Assembly (NCBI RefSeq): GCF_036321535.1
Contig: NC_087437.1
Coordinates: 80,788,001 to 80,852,000 of the forward strand
Source: Camelus dromedarius
Lineage: Eukaryota
Length of the DNA stretch: 64,000 bases
Direction of reading: 5' to 3'
In this document: positions 14,301 through 29,300 of the stretch, piece after piece
Position numbering within the stretch: position 1 is the first letter of the stretch
Layout: every line of letters begins with the position of its first letter
Notes under the pieces: model-generated
The model's input: only the letters and a program-made list of their open reading frames with translations
The model's database searches: none
Told to the model about the DNA's origin: nothing
Program-made: the position numbers and the translations under genes

Positions 14301-17300
14301 GCCTCTACTATACAAAAAAAATCAACTCAAAATGGATTAAAAACTTAAATGTAAGACCTGAAACCATAAAACTCTGAGAAGAAAACATCAGGGGTAAACT
14401 CCTTAACTTTGGTCTTGGCAGTTTTTTGCATTTGTCAGTGAAGGCAAAGGCAACAAAAGCAAAAATAAAGAAGTTGGAAGCCTCAAACTAAAAACTTTCT
14501 GCACAGCAAAGGGAACCTTCAACAAAAGGAAAAGACAACTTACTTTAGAGAAAATATTTGCAAATTATGTGTCTGGTAGGAGGTTAAAATCTGAAATATA
14601 CAAGGAATTCATGCAACTCAACATCAAAAAAACAAACAACTTGTTTAAAAAATGGGCAGAGGACCTGAGTAGACATTTTTCTAAAGAAGACATACAAATG
14701 AGCAATAGACACACGAAAAGATGCTGAAGTCACTGGTCATCAGTGACATGCAAATCAAAACCACAAAGAGATATCACCTCACACCTGGCAGAATGGCTAT
14801 CATCAAAAAGACAACAAATAACAAACATTGGAAAAGATGTGGAGGAAAGAGAACCCTCTTGTACTGTTGGCACACATTGGAATTGTAAACTGGTGTAGCC
14901 ACTATGGAAAATAGTATGGCGGTTACTCAAAAAATTAAAAATAGAATTGTCATGTGATCCAGCAATTTCACTTCAGGGTATTTACCCAAAGAAAACTAAA
15001 GCAGTAATTCAAAAAAATACATGCACCCCAATGTTCATTGCAGTATTATTCACAATAGCCAAGATATGGAAGCAACGTAAGTGTCTTCATAGATGAATGG
15101 ATGAAGATGTGGTATAGATATACAATGGAATATCACTCAGCCATTATAAAAATGAAATCTGGCAATTTGAGACAACATGGATGGATCTAGAGGGTATTAT
15201 GCCAAGTGAAATAAAGTCAAAGACATATACCATATGACTTCACTTACATGTGGAATCTAAAAACAAAACAAAAGGAAAGTAGCTCATCGATAAATAGAGC
15301 AAACAGCTGGTTGCCCGAGGGAGGGTGGTGGGGAGTTGGGTAAATTAAGTTAGAGGGATTAAGAGATGTAAACCCCCACTTATAAAATAAATAAGCCACA
15401 GGGAATCACAACACAAGGAGTATAGTCAGTAACATTTTAATAAGTTTGTATGGGGGCAGGTGATTATTAGACTTAGCATGGTGATCATTTCATAATGTAT
15501 GCAAATGTCAAATCATTGTGTAGTAACCTGAAACTAACATTGTATTGTGTTAACAATATTTCAATTAAAAAAATAAGACATATAAAAAAGAAAAGGAGCC
15601 AGTAAATAGAGAGTAAAAGAAAGCAGGAAGGTAGGCTAGGATAGGACATGACAGGATAGGAAGGGAGGAAGTCAGGCAGGTATACATACAAACAGGTGGA
15701 GAAGAGAAGTAGAAAAGTACAGAAGGGGAACAAGGAAAAGACCTGGAAATGGAATAAGGGAAGAAAAGAATGGAAGAGGAAGGAGGAAATATGAAAGGAA
15801 TAAAGAGAAAATGTTTAAAGTGGATTAATTTATAAGAAAAATAGAATGACTGTTTTGGGAATATTAAGATGACTAGTTAATGACTATTTGAATTCTTACT
15901 GTAAAATGCTTTTCAAACTTTAATGTTCATATGAATTACTTGGATTTTCTTTTTTTTGTTGCTGTGAAACTGAAGAGTCTGCTCCTCCCTTTTTTTGGGG
16001 GGGGAGGGGGTGATAATTAGGCTTATTTGTTTATTTTTAATGGAGATACTGGGGATTGAATCCAGGACTTTGTGCATGCCAAGCATGTGCTCTACCACTG
16101 AGCTATATACCCTCCTCCTAAACCAAAGATTCTGATTCAGTAGATCTAGTGTGGGGCCTGATTTCTGCATTTCCAGTTGGCTCCCAGGTAATGCCAATGT
16201 CACAGACTGAGGACTATGTTTTGAGTAGCCAGGCACCTGCAGAAACTGGGCAAGGGAGAATAGTAAGAGATTTGTTTCAAATAAGTAACCATCCTGGGTT
16301 TATACTTAACTGATATTTGTATTCCTAGTTTAGCTGCTAATTTTCTTTAAGTTGAACCGGATGACCTCAAGACTTCTTTATACTAGTTTTCTATGTTTCT
16401 TTGAATGAAAAATGAGGTTGTTGGAGGAGATTCTTTTAGCTCACTAAGAGGGAGAAAGAGTAATAATTCTGAGTGATTACCTAGAAGTTTTGAGAAGTAA
16501 AACTTGGAAGAATTTTAAAAGAAATTTTGTCTTAGACCATTCAGAAGCTTGTATTAACTCTTGAGAATCTTTTAATAATGGCTGGTCTGTGTCATGAAAT
16601 GCAGATGTTTTAGAAGAAGAAAAATAGGCGTTAAGTGGCTTATGACAGCATGCTATCATTTGGAGTCTTGGTTGATAGTATTGACCAAGATAAAGAATTA
16701 CATAGTTTTCTCAGTTATACTCTGCTTAGTTTTCTGCATTGATAAGATAGTCTGAGATTATATAGTGTGAGAGACAAACTTCCTACATTTATCATTTAAT
16801 AATTATTTGGCCCTTTCTAATTGTATATGATCATTTTTACTCTAATAATGCTGTTTAGGTATTTCAGCTAAGTTCTGTGAAGTGTACAGGAAATAATATT
16901 TCAGAAAAAACTTTGCATATAATTCTTTTTAAAAAATATATTGTGTTAAGAGTCATACAGTGTTGTATTGCTAAATAGATTAATTTATTACTTTGTTATC
17001 TTTTATTTGTTTCAGTGTCTCTGCATGAGATTTCATTGCTAGTGGATACCACACATTTAAAGAGGTTTGGGTTATGGAAAAGTAAAGATAATGATCACAG
17101 TAAAAGAAGTCATGCTATCCTCTTTCTTTGGGTATCGTCAAATTATCTTCAAGAGATTCAGACCCAGTTAGAAAACTCTCTATTAAGCCAGCAATGTGAG
17201 TATAAAGATTTCTGAATTTCAGGATAATCTGAGAAGCCCTATAAATAAAGTAATTTTCTTCTAAAATAATTTAGTAGATATAATTATTTCATTGAACTAA

Positions 17301-20300
17301 AATTAAGTTCATTGAATTAAAGATAATCCCTTAATATATAGTGAGATAAATTATTTTATTCATGTAATTTCTCCTTATAATTTTACTCAACCAAGTGAAA
17401 CTATCTTATAAAATGAAAGGACTACCTTATCTTTTAGTCAGTTGACATCCTTGGCTACCTGTCTTACGAGTTTCTTGCCCTTATTTTATAATGAAACGTG
17501 ACAGAGCTAATCAGTAGCAAAGTTAAATAAAATACACAATTCTTTATCTTCAACATTTCCTTCAGTTTCTAAAAAAGAAAACTCAATTTACTTACATATC
17601 ATTTTTCTAAGACTGGATTGAATACTTTTTTGTATGTTCTTATAACACTTACCGGTGTATGTATATATATATATACATACATACATACATATATACATCT
17701 TGAGATATTTCCCATCTCTGTTTAGTTTCCAGTTCTTAAGAAAGTCTGGTTTAGAATTGGATGAATCAAATTAGTAAGTTTCTTTCTTACCTCTTTAATC
17801 TCGCTATCATTTCCCCTCCTACTCCCTTGCACATTAAAGATATAAAGTAGTGATTGAAATTTTATACCTTTAAAAAATGTCTTGTTTTGCTGAACTAATT
17901 ACTTCCAAATTAGTTGGGGAAATTCACATGATTAAATAGCAAAGAAGTTGGGAAAATACAGTGAGCCATTTATAAACATTATGCAGGGAGAGAATGTCAT
18001 TTGAATCCACTGTTGAAATGATTGATGAGACAAAATGATTTTGAAGGAAGTATTTGAATAGAAATTTTTAGAAATTGGAATTAAAAAATTGATATATAGA
18101 AAAGACTAGAGAAAAATAATTGCTTAGTCATAATTTATTTATTTAGTTATACATTCAGTAACAAATATTTATTAGCACCTACTAAATTCTGGGTACTGGA
18201 GATACAGCAGTCAGTTCCATTGTGGAGTTTCCATTCTAATGCAGTAGCAGTCTAAAAATTGTGAGTTTTGGTTCCAGGTTACTAATGACCTGTTTTGGGA
18301 TTTAATTTGCCTGAGTTATTAACTAACCTACAAAATAGTTTGTTGAGTTATATACCAACTTACTGTTATTAATAAATTATTTTAACTATAATCCCCTTGA
18401 AAAATACTACTGATAAAATTTCTTTTTTCTTTCATAGCAAAATCCACTGAATTCATTTTCCTTGAGCTACATAGTTTTATTTCACAAAGAGAAGAATTGA
18501 AATTGAAAGATATTATGACAGAAATAAGTACAACCAATGGAGAATTAGAGCTTTCTTATCCATTGTCTTGGGTTCAGGCACTTCCTTTATTTCAGAACCT
18601 CTCTTCAAAAGAAAGTTCTTTTATTCACTATTACTGTGCTTCAACTTGTTCTTTCCCTGCTGCTGCTGCTGAAGAAATGAAGATGAAATCAGTATCTCAG
18701 GTTAGCATATGATTAATGTAATTAATGAGGGGGAGGGAGGCAGTTTGGTAAAAATTCTTTAATTGAAATTAGGATGATTTCAGAATGCTGTATTTTGTCA
18801 AAAGGGCATAGGAACCAACCTAAAAGAACTCCCAATGTCAAAGCTAGATCATTTAGATCAACAAAATCAGTAATGATAGCATGTGATTATTACCAAAGAA
18901 TAAGATGTACCCATGAATCTATATTGATAAAAATGAATGAATGAATGAATGAATAAAAAATAAATAGTAAATAGTGGGTAAGGGACAATTCTTTTGTTAG
19001 AAAAGTATTCCAATTAATAAATGTAAAAGGAATAAGAGAAATATAAAACCACTGCTAGGAAAATTATGATTGTTGCAGGTAAGGTCCATTGAGAGATGCT
19101 TAATTTAATGGGTGAAAACTTAAGGTGAGATAAGATATGTGCATAATCTCAGTCTCTCATCCCAAATATTTCAATTACAAGAAGGAAAATAAGTAGTAAC
19201 TTTACAGTGGAGAAACATGGCAGACATCACCTTAACGCAAGTGATCAAAATTAACATTACCAGTAATGAGACGCATCGACATAACATACCTGTCATATCA
19301 TGCATAGAGTAGAGTACATCACTTCCGTGGCATTCTTCTTAGTATTGTATAACCTCAATCTAATCATGAGAAAATCAGACAAGGCTAGTTACACAATAAC
19401 TGACCAACAGTCAAAAAAATATCAAGGTCATGAAAGACATGGAAAAGACTGAAGAATTACAGGATCTTGAAACAGAAAAAATTTATTAGTGGAAAACCAG
19501 TAAAATCAGAATAAAGTGTATAATTTATAATATGAACACAACACCAACATTAATTTCTTACTTTTGATACTTGTACTATGGTTATATAAGATGTTATTAT
19601 TAGGGGAATCTGGGAGAGGCTTGTCTGTTTTTTGCAATTCTTTTATAATCTAAAATTGTCTTGAAATAATAGTAAGTTAAAAAATTCTATGTTTTATTTT
19701 TATAGGAGGTTGGGAATATACATGTGGCTTGTATATCTCTGCCAAATACCTCTAGAAAGAAAAGTGTTTATTAAGTTTGTTGTGACCTGTGCCTGCATAC
19801 ACACACACTTACATGTGGCTTTGGTCTGGGGCTGATCTCTTATTTAAAAGGTCAATAGAAAGTTACATTAATGGAAGACAAGGTGTAAGACTTCACCACC
19901 ATCTTTAATATAATGTCGTAAAAATTTTGCTTGGTAATTACATAGTATATATAAATTTGTATTTTTCCACTTAACAATAAAATATCAATTTATGATGTTA
20001 TAAACTCTTTTTGGTCTCTCTTTTAAATTTTGTCCTACTATTTATTACCTCTTTTGTTTATTTTGAACAAAATGCACTGCTTTCAGATTCTAATTTAATT
20101 ATAAAGCCCAGATCTGTAAGTAACACTTCAGGTTAAACTTTGGTCACTGTATGCACAGTATTGTTTGATCCAAAGTATTATTTTGTTTGGTTATATCTTT
20201 GTAGAAATTCTAAAAATATATATAACTCTTGGTATGTATTTCTTTTTGTCACATTTTCTCTTACAAGTCTAGGTTTTGACTTTGTTCTTTTGAGAGTTGA

Positions 20301-23300
20301 TATGTATTTATAAGACCTTTTTCTTTGCCATTTTCTGTCAGCCCTCACATGCAGATACAGCCAAGCCTACTTACACCTTACTGCAGAAGCAAAGTAGTGG
20401 TTGCTACTCACTTTCTATTACATCTAATCCAGATGAAGAATGGCGAGAAGTCAGGCACACTGGACCTGTTCAGAAGTATGTACTGTGTCATATCCCGTTT
20501 GTAATAGGTGGGCAAATTAGTAGTTTTCATTCATGTTGTTGATTTTAAGTATTTTACCTTTTTAAAATGTTTTGACTTTCTTGCTGACAGTTAATAACAA
20601 ATAATTATTAAAAAGTTAAAAGAAATTATTAAGAAAACAACCCATGCCATTTTGTTTCGTTTTATGTAAGTAAGTCAGAAATAGTAGCCAATATGTCAAA
20701 TTTGGTAAGATTAAAGCATTTATTGAAAATATTCAAATAGCAATGTATGGTTTTTAGGAGTATATGTTCCATATCTGAATATATGATAGGAAAAATGAAA
20801 TTGCTTGCTAAAGTGTGCTTCAGTTTAAGGTACTTTGGAGTTTAGCAGAACTTCCCTTTCAGATGTTGCTTCTTTGTTCACATTTTGCCTTTTATATGTC
20901 TTCTTTGGGTGGTAAGGCAGAATAAGGGAGTCTGTGCATTTGAGGGTGATTTCTAGTCCTTTATGTGATTCCTTTGTTAGGAAAAAAAAGTGAAATTATG
21001 AGATAGGAAAATAGCCAATAAGTTAGTAACTATTATATTAGCATTTAAAATTTTCACATATTATTTGATTTAGGTGCCATGGTTACCAAGATTAAATCAA
21101 TTGCAGGTGATTCTACTTGAATCTTTCTAGTTCAAGAAGTACATATTATACTTTTATTATTGACTATATTTGTGCCATGAGTACCACGCTGTCTGTTCCA
21201 AGACTGTAGCCAGAATTCACAATTGCTTTGATTTCTGAGCTTTAAAAGAGAGTGCCAGAGGAAACATGCGTAATTCGTTGTCATCTTGTTTTTCATTTCT
21301 TTCTGGTTGTGTTGTAATTATTCATTTCCTTTTTGTTCTCTTGAGTTTTATATTGTAAGCACTTTGTTATGGGAAACTTGCCTCCTAAGCTCCAGTGTTA
21401 TTTCTTCATTGCCCAGCTGCTGGTGTAGAGTAGCCATCAGTGGGAGAACATAATTTTTGACTGCTGGCTCTTTTGAATGGAAAGGAACCAGTCTTGGCAT
21501 TGGGAAGTGGAACATAGGAAAATCTTCTATAGTTTATTACTTTGGTTTTTTGAATGTTAAAAATTGTACATAAGAGACACATCTTCAGTGATATTGTAAC
21601 TGAATGTGAGATATAAACCAATTGATCAGACAAATTTAAGACTAGCCCATATGGGAAGAATTAGAAATTATAAGGTACTCACTGAGAGTACTATCAGTAG
21701 CTTGTGAAAATAAAGGAAGGAAAATATAATAGCTTGTATTCTGTCAAATATTTTTTACCTACACATTTTAGCTACTGAATACTTCTTCCCTGTTATTGTT
21801 CCATATAACAAATCTCTTTGATACTAGAATTTTCAATATTAATATATTTCAACTTTATTTTTACTTTTGAAGGTTGATTGTGTATCCTCCACCACCTACT
21901 AAAGGGGGTTTAGGAGTAACTAACGAAGATCTGGAGTGCTTAGAAGAAGGAGAGTTTCTTAATGATGTGATCATTGATTTCTACCTTAAGTAAGTACCAG
22001 TGATAAATGATCTCACTTGTTTTACAGGTTTTGATGTGAATCTTAAAGTGAATATCTTTATCTCTGAAGTGTTTTAACTCTAGCTAAAAATAACCTGCCA
22101 AAATACCAGATTTGAAAAATGTTTGCCTACCAAAGTTTTCTAGAGTTGACTAATTCAGTTTCATTCCTTTACTTCCCATAGATACTGTATACTTCAGAAG
22201 AGTTACTGTATTTTTGTTTTTGTTTTATTAATTGGCTTGTTTTTGATGGATAGCTCTTTGTCTTTTGTATTATTATATTATATTTGTATTACATAATTAC
22301 AAATCACTTTGGGAACTGAAAAGAAGCAATTCTGTGTAGTTAGCTATTGTGTCTTAAAGCACTGTAAGAGTTAATGTCATTTTAAAAATCCATATCACTG
22401 TTCCATTAAAAATAATTTTCACTTTTTTTATAGCCAAGCTGAAGAAATATATAGGAAAGTTTTATAAACTTTCGTGCAAAAGTGATTTGTCTCTAGCCCT
22501 CATGTTGTACTATATCCCTAGACCTACATTTCCAGCACTTCTTCAAGATGTCTCCTAATTATTTCACTGGCTCTTCCCAAACCAGTTTATTATCATCTTA
22601 CTGCTGAAGAGGCCCTATTGTTTTACTAATAGTGCTATCCTTATTCGAGTCTCTTAGGCTCAGAATCTCAAATTATCATCTGCTCTTCATCTCAGACATT
22701 GTAGATTTAATTGCTAGAGGTTCTCTTTGGGTCTTTTTTATATCTTTCATGTCTCTATTTAATTTTTTAAACATGTGGAGCATAATTATTATATAATAAC
22801 TATTTTAATGTCCTTTTCTACTTGTTCTAGTATATGTGTTAGTCCTGGGTTGTTTCAATTGACTGTTTTCTCTCTTCATTATGAGTCTTTGTTTATTTGT
22901 TTTTTGCTTCTTTGAATGTCTGGTAATTTTTAAATTGGGTGCTGGGGTATTTTTTTATTCCTGTAAATATTCTTGAATTTTGTTTTGAAATACAGATTGT
23001 TTGGAAACAGCTTGATGATTTTAAGGGTCTTGCTTTTTAAGAGCTGTTAGGTGAGACCAACAAGTTAATCCCTGCCACTGAGGAAAGACCCTTCTGAGTG
23101 CTCTACTCAGTGCTTCATGAATTACAAGGTTTTCCAGACTGGCTAGTAGGAACAGGCACCATTCCTGCAGCCTGTGTGAATGGTGGGTACCATTCCCTCT
23201 AATTTTTTCAGGTAGTTCTTTTCCTCAGCCTTGGACATTTTCTTTATATACATGCAATGATCAGTATTCTGCTAAATCCTAGAGGAGGACTCTGCAAATG

Positions 23301-26300
23301 TCTGGAGTTCTCTCTCTATACTGCTTTTTCTTTTCCAATATTCTGATCTGCAAGCTCCCACTGCCTTCTTCTCTTCTGACTCTCAGCATCTCCTCCGCTC
23401 TGGGAGCCTGTCAGGCTCCACCTGGGTTGTCCCTTCCTGTGCTGCAGCCTGGAAACTTGTCAAGGCAGTAAGCTGGAGCAATTATGGACCTCTCCATTTC
23501 TCAGGGGTCACTGTTCTTTGTTATATCATACCCACTATTTTGAAAACTATTGTTTCATTTATTTTGTCCAGTTTTCTACTTGTTTCAAACAGGAGTGTAA
23601 ATCTGGTCCCTATTGTTCCATCTTGGCTGGGAGTGAAGTCTGTTATCATTGACTCTTCACCCTCCCCTCTCTACATACTCAGTTGCCTGAGTGGTAGATT
23701 CTGTCTAATTCATTTATTTGCTTTATTTTCTCATCATGATATTTTTAGTACTATGCATCTTACCTAAATTGTTATTCTTCACTCATCTCCTATATCCTTT
23801 GTCTCTATTTTCTGATCTGTTACATATATTATTACCACTATTATTATTCTTGAACTGCTCTGTAAGATGCAATTCCCACTAGAAACATTTAGTAATTTCT
23901 TATTACTCATCAAAATGAGCTCAAACATAGGCATTTGAGTGTCTTGATAATATGACAATAATCGGTCTTTCAGCTAATAACCCTATGCATATGACATAGT
24001 CCAGCAAAATTTAATTATAAATAGTTTATTAAACAAAGCCCATTCTTATTCACTCTTCTGCCTTAATGCCCTGTTTTTCTTGCTTCTTGCAATACTCTCC
24101 TCTTTATCATAACCTGTTGAAGTTTTATTCCTCTTTCAGGATTCCTTGGAAGTGTTACCTTCTTGAAACTTCCTGATCCTAAATAGATATTAACTGTCAT
24201 AATACTTCATTTGCATCTCTTTTATGGTGCTTATAATATTTTGCTTTATTTTAAAGTTATTTGGTGGCATTATGATTATTCTCTTTCTAAAGGTTAAACA
24301 TCTTACTTATTTTTGTATCCCTGTAATAGTGTCACATTTATATTTTGTGAGATGAAATGGATCATCTTTGCTGTTAATGTTAGGTTTTATTGGAATTAAC
24401 TAACAAAATTTTATTTCTAATTCAGTTCTAATAGTATTTTCCTATACTTTCTCTTCACTAAACTTTCTGTATCTCTGTCTTATTGACTTCTTTTCAGAGA
24501 GGATTCTAACTTTTTAAAACCTCTCTTCTGTTTATTGTTTAAATTGATGAATAACTTTCAAGTAGTGAAGTGCATAAATTTTAAGTGTGCAGCTCATGAA
24601 TGCTCATTTATGTGTGCACTCATGTTATCATCATCCAGATCAAGATAAAGAACACTTGTAGCACAGCAAAATCATTCTTCGTGTTTCCTTCCACATAGAA
24701 TACCCTCCCCACAACTACATTAAAAAAATTCAAGTTGTGTTTGTTTTTTATGCTTTTTTCTAAAAAAAAAAGCAATTACAAGATCATTTTTGAACCTTTA
24801 TAAACTATTAAGAATAGCAGTTACCTGATTTTGAAGGGCTTAATTATTAAGTGATTAAATTATAACCTTATATTGAAGAGCTGTTTTAGTATAGAAATGG
24901 ATTAAGGATTTAGAAATTAGTTATGTCTCAGTTGTTAAAGTTTCTCTAGTTTTATTTAGGAGTGTCATAGTTTCAATTTTATATTTGATTGTGTGATTAT
25001 TTGATTAATATTTCCTCGTACCCTCGCTTTTTTGTATTGTAAGCTCTATGGAGGCAGGTGCTTTTTTTTTTTGTCCCCTCTTATTCTGTGTCTCTAGTGT
25101 AAATGTGGTGCTTGGCACATGTTAGGAATTTGTTAAATAATTGTTGAGTGAATGAGTGAGTAAATGGAAAATTTCTTCTTCAACTGACCTTAATAGAAGG
25201 TGATGTAACTAAAGAACAAAAAATGCGAAAATCAGAGCAAATTACAAGATTGTTTTGACTTTGGACAAAAAGTGAAGATTTTCAGAACACATAAGATAAT
25301 TGGAGGAAGACCAAGTAAAATCTAAAAATAACTTACTTTAAGGTGTTGCTACTTTACAGGTATCTTATATTGGAGAAGGCATCTGATGAACTTGTTGAAC
25401 GAAGTCACATTTTTAGTAGCTTTTTCTATAAATGCTTGACGAGAAAGGAAAATAATTTAACAGAAGATAATCCAAATCTTTCGTAAGTCAGTCTTCTAAT
25501 GTATTTAAATTTTAAGAGGAAAACAGTGTTTTGACGCTCCTAGTGAAATAATGTCTTACATTACTTCCCAGAGTGAGTGAGCAGAATTACCACTTGTGCA
25601 GATCTTGGGCCAGTTTGCTCTGGGAGACGTTTCTCACCCTTCTGTTCTGTTCCCTATCACAGGGAGGCTGACTCTTGCAGGTTGCTTTTCCAGTTGCATG
25701 TTCTGTGGGGGACACTGAGGTTGGAGGGCAAGGAAAGAAGCAGCCAGGATGTTTTCTACTGTACCATCTTTGCCTTGGCAGTTACTCTGGTAGTGGTTCT
25801 GTTTCTGCTCTGGGTCTGTCTTGCACCGGACGGACCTGGTAGAGCTCCAGCTTCCATCTGGAGGTGCTGCTTCTTCACTTTGCCCTTCAGCATAAAGTGT
25901 AGCATTGTCCTACTATGCTAATCTCTGGTTGCCTCCCTGGTTGCCTTTTTTGGCTTTGCACTTTTTTATCACCACTGAAGCCAATTCTTTGCATTACATT
26001 TTATCTGTCTTAAATACATAGGGTGGTGTATGTTTTCTTGGTCACACCCTTACTGACATACTACTATTTAATTAAACTGATTTAACAGTGCACAAAATAC
26101 CATATTTGTCCTCATAATTTAGCTGAATTTCTGTCCAAGTATTTTTTGATTAATTCTAAAACCTATAGAGCGGTGGCTAGGGATGGGCATGGAGGAGGAA
26201 GGAGTAGATTTTGTAGCTTAAATAGCACTGACTCAGACAGCTGTGAGCATGGAACTGCTTCATCCCTCCCCCACCCTAACAATCCGTGTGATAATCTCTA

Positions 26301-29300
26301 CAGAAGAACCCTGATAAAATTAAGGGGTTTTGTTTTTTAAAAAGTTAACATAAACTTTTGTCTACCACTTTACAAGGTACATTTTTGTACATTATTCCTT
26401 CCCATAACAATGTTTTTAGATATATAGGGCATTTTTCAGTTGAGGAAGCAGGGCAATAAAGATTGGCAGAACTCTGGTGAGTGACAGAACAGGCTGGTAC
26501 TGAAATCTTTATCTTTTAACTTCTAACCCAGAGATGTTTTCATTGTGCTGGACTAAAAATAGCCAGGAGTTAATAAAAGGAGATAATTTTCTAGTCCATT
26601 AAATATTATATCTTGAAGAAGATGATTAAATAAGCTAAAACTAGCATTTTTCAGTGTATAAAATGGACTCTTGAAAACCTTATCTTAAAATTTTAATTTT
26701 TTGTATACCAAATATATCTATCTTTTACATTTCTAGAATGGCTCAGAGAAGACATAAAAGAGTAAGAACATGGACTCGTCACATAAACATCTTTAATAAA
26801 GATTATATCTTTGTGCCTGTAAATGAGTCGTAAGTATTTCAGATTACTTAAAAACAAAATCACAGACAGTGCAGAAAAAATATTTTGTGCATTTTTAGAT
26901 TAATAAGCAATAAAAAGTGTGGATATATAAACTTAGGTGTTATTTTTAATTTTTTCTAAAGAAGTAGCTAAAATAATGAGTTTATTTATCTTAGATTTTG
27001 GTTTGATGGTATTTATATTATAAATAGTGAAAAAATTAAAATGATAGTTGCCCACAAGACTATAATGACTGAGACATTGAATTTTTGGTTGGGGGTACTC
27101 AAGAAAAGATTTTGAAGACAAAAGATCAGAGTGTTTTAGGAAGAATCTTCAAATGCTTATGAGAACAAGCTCTTTACGCACCAATAGAAAGAAGGTGATG
27201 CTATAAGTCTATTTATTAAACCAGATCTTTAACAGGACACACCAATTATATGAAAGTAAATTAGTCTGAATTACTCAGATTTTACTCTAAGAAGGCTTAC
27301 TACTTTTTAAATTAGTTTGGAATGTGTGTTCTGTATTATATCAGATATTAGAATGGACTTCGTCAAAATAGATAAGAAGTTTATCATACCCACCTTCTCA
27401 GCTATAGTTCTTGAACTTATTCTTCTAGGTTGTTTAGATTTTGTGTTATTAAGAACTTATTTCTTTTTCAACAGGTCTCACTGGTATCTTGCAGTCATTT
27501 GTTTTCCATGGTTAGAAGAAGCTGTGTATGAAGATTTTCCACAAACTATATCCCAGCACTCCCAGGCTCAGCAATCCCAACATGACAATAAAACAATAGG
27601 TGATAAACTTAGCATAGATGGTGTTTTTAATAATGATAGTAACAGTAAAATGAATGTAGCAAACAATATGAAGTTAACAGATAGTATAGTTATTTATTAT
27701 CATTAAACATATTAGAAGAAATAGTGTCTGAAATTTTCATGATAGATGCCCAGACTCATGTATAGACAAAATGTAATTCTCAAGTTATACTGTTAGATCA
27801 GGTTTTATCATAGTACTTTTTATAGTATCATCTTGCTAATGTGCCTAACAATTCATGCTGTGAATCTTCAGGCATAGCTTGAAATCTCCTGTTTTTTCTT
27901 TTTCTTAATATAAATGAGCACAATTCTTGTTGACACTAGTAATTGGGCTAGGTAGTATCAGGTCTCTTATAATTCTTCCATGATTTTTCTTACATTAATG
28001 AAGTAAGCAAATGAAGCAAACCCAATCTTAATGAAGTAAGCAAACAGAAAACAAATCAAAATTATATTTTATAGCTGTAGTCTAAGTGGTAAGCAAATTA
28101 ATAATAGCCATAACTCTTCATAACTGGCCAAAACCTTTCTCTAGTGGGGAAGGAAGAAAAACCAATAAAAGAGCAGATTATTTTCAATTTTGTTTAATCC
28201 TCTTGTGCTTCAAAAGTATATTTTTGCAACCCTCTGTGATCATAGTTTAGAAGAATTATTACTAGGCAAATTAAGAATCCTCCACAATTAAACACTAGGG
28301 ATTTTGATCATTGAGCAGTCTTTGAAGACTGTCTTTTTATAGGAAACTGGCCCAGCTAACTGGCAGTTCAGGTTTTGGCTCTGGGCTTTATGTATTGTCT
28401 GATGACAGCTATCCATGATCAGTTTTCTGTGTTAATTGAATTTTTCATAACATTAACCATGAAAAATAACTAAATAGATTCCGGGTATTTTTTCCCTTTA
28501 TTTACTGCTATGCATACAAATTTCAGTTTAAGCTTATCTAAATGCTTTGTATTATACATAAAATTATCACACATAACTGCTTTGTTGTTCCTAACTAGAT
28601 AATGATCTACATACTACTTCAGCACTGTCCTTGGGTACGGAGGATTCCCAAGTAAGTGTGTTTTTTATAGATGTAAAGGAAGGAAAACTCATAAATATAA
28701 TAATATTATCTGTAAAACAAGGCATAGCTAAGTGAGCTATGATGGATATTGGTGGACCATAATTAAATTGTGCTGTTTTATGATCCTTTGATGTATTTTG
28801 TTGGGATAGGAAAGAGAACAAGAGAAATTATCATTCTTCTTGCGTCTGTTTAGCTTACTTTAACTCTCTAGGTTTGTTTATTTACTAGTTTATCTGATCT
28901 TGATTGGCTACTTTTCCAATTTCTATAGAAAAATGTACATTATTCTTCATTAAGTCAGAATTTCTTGTGCTTAGAGTAATTAATAACCTATGTTTTATAT
29001 TCAACATTCTATTATTGTGAATTGTTGGTGAAAATTATTCAAAGTAGACTCATGGTCAATCCATATGACTCCTGAGGCTAAGATAGTTACTGTTAACTTC
29101 TCTTTAAATAGACCTCCAAACTGGTATTCATGGTCTAGATTTCATTGTTCTTGATTAGGTAGCCACATACTTTTTTTTTTTTTTTTTTTTTTAATAAATA
29201 CAGGCAGCAGCAGCAGCCTCCTTGGCCCAGGCCTGTGTCTTTACTGTCACTGGAATAGGGTGGGCAGAAGGAAGGTGGTTTCCTTTTCTGCTGTCACAGT

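Noticed and set aside
15590..15812. Purine-rich tract as a triplex or regulatory element
   Set aside because: No clear mirror symmetry; most simply low-complexity sequence next to an L1 tail
27317..27706. 129-aa ORF
   Set aside because: SENP7 His exon plus flanking intron read-through
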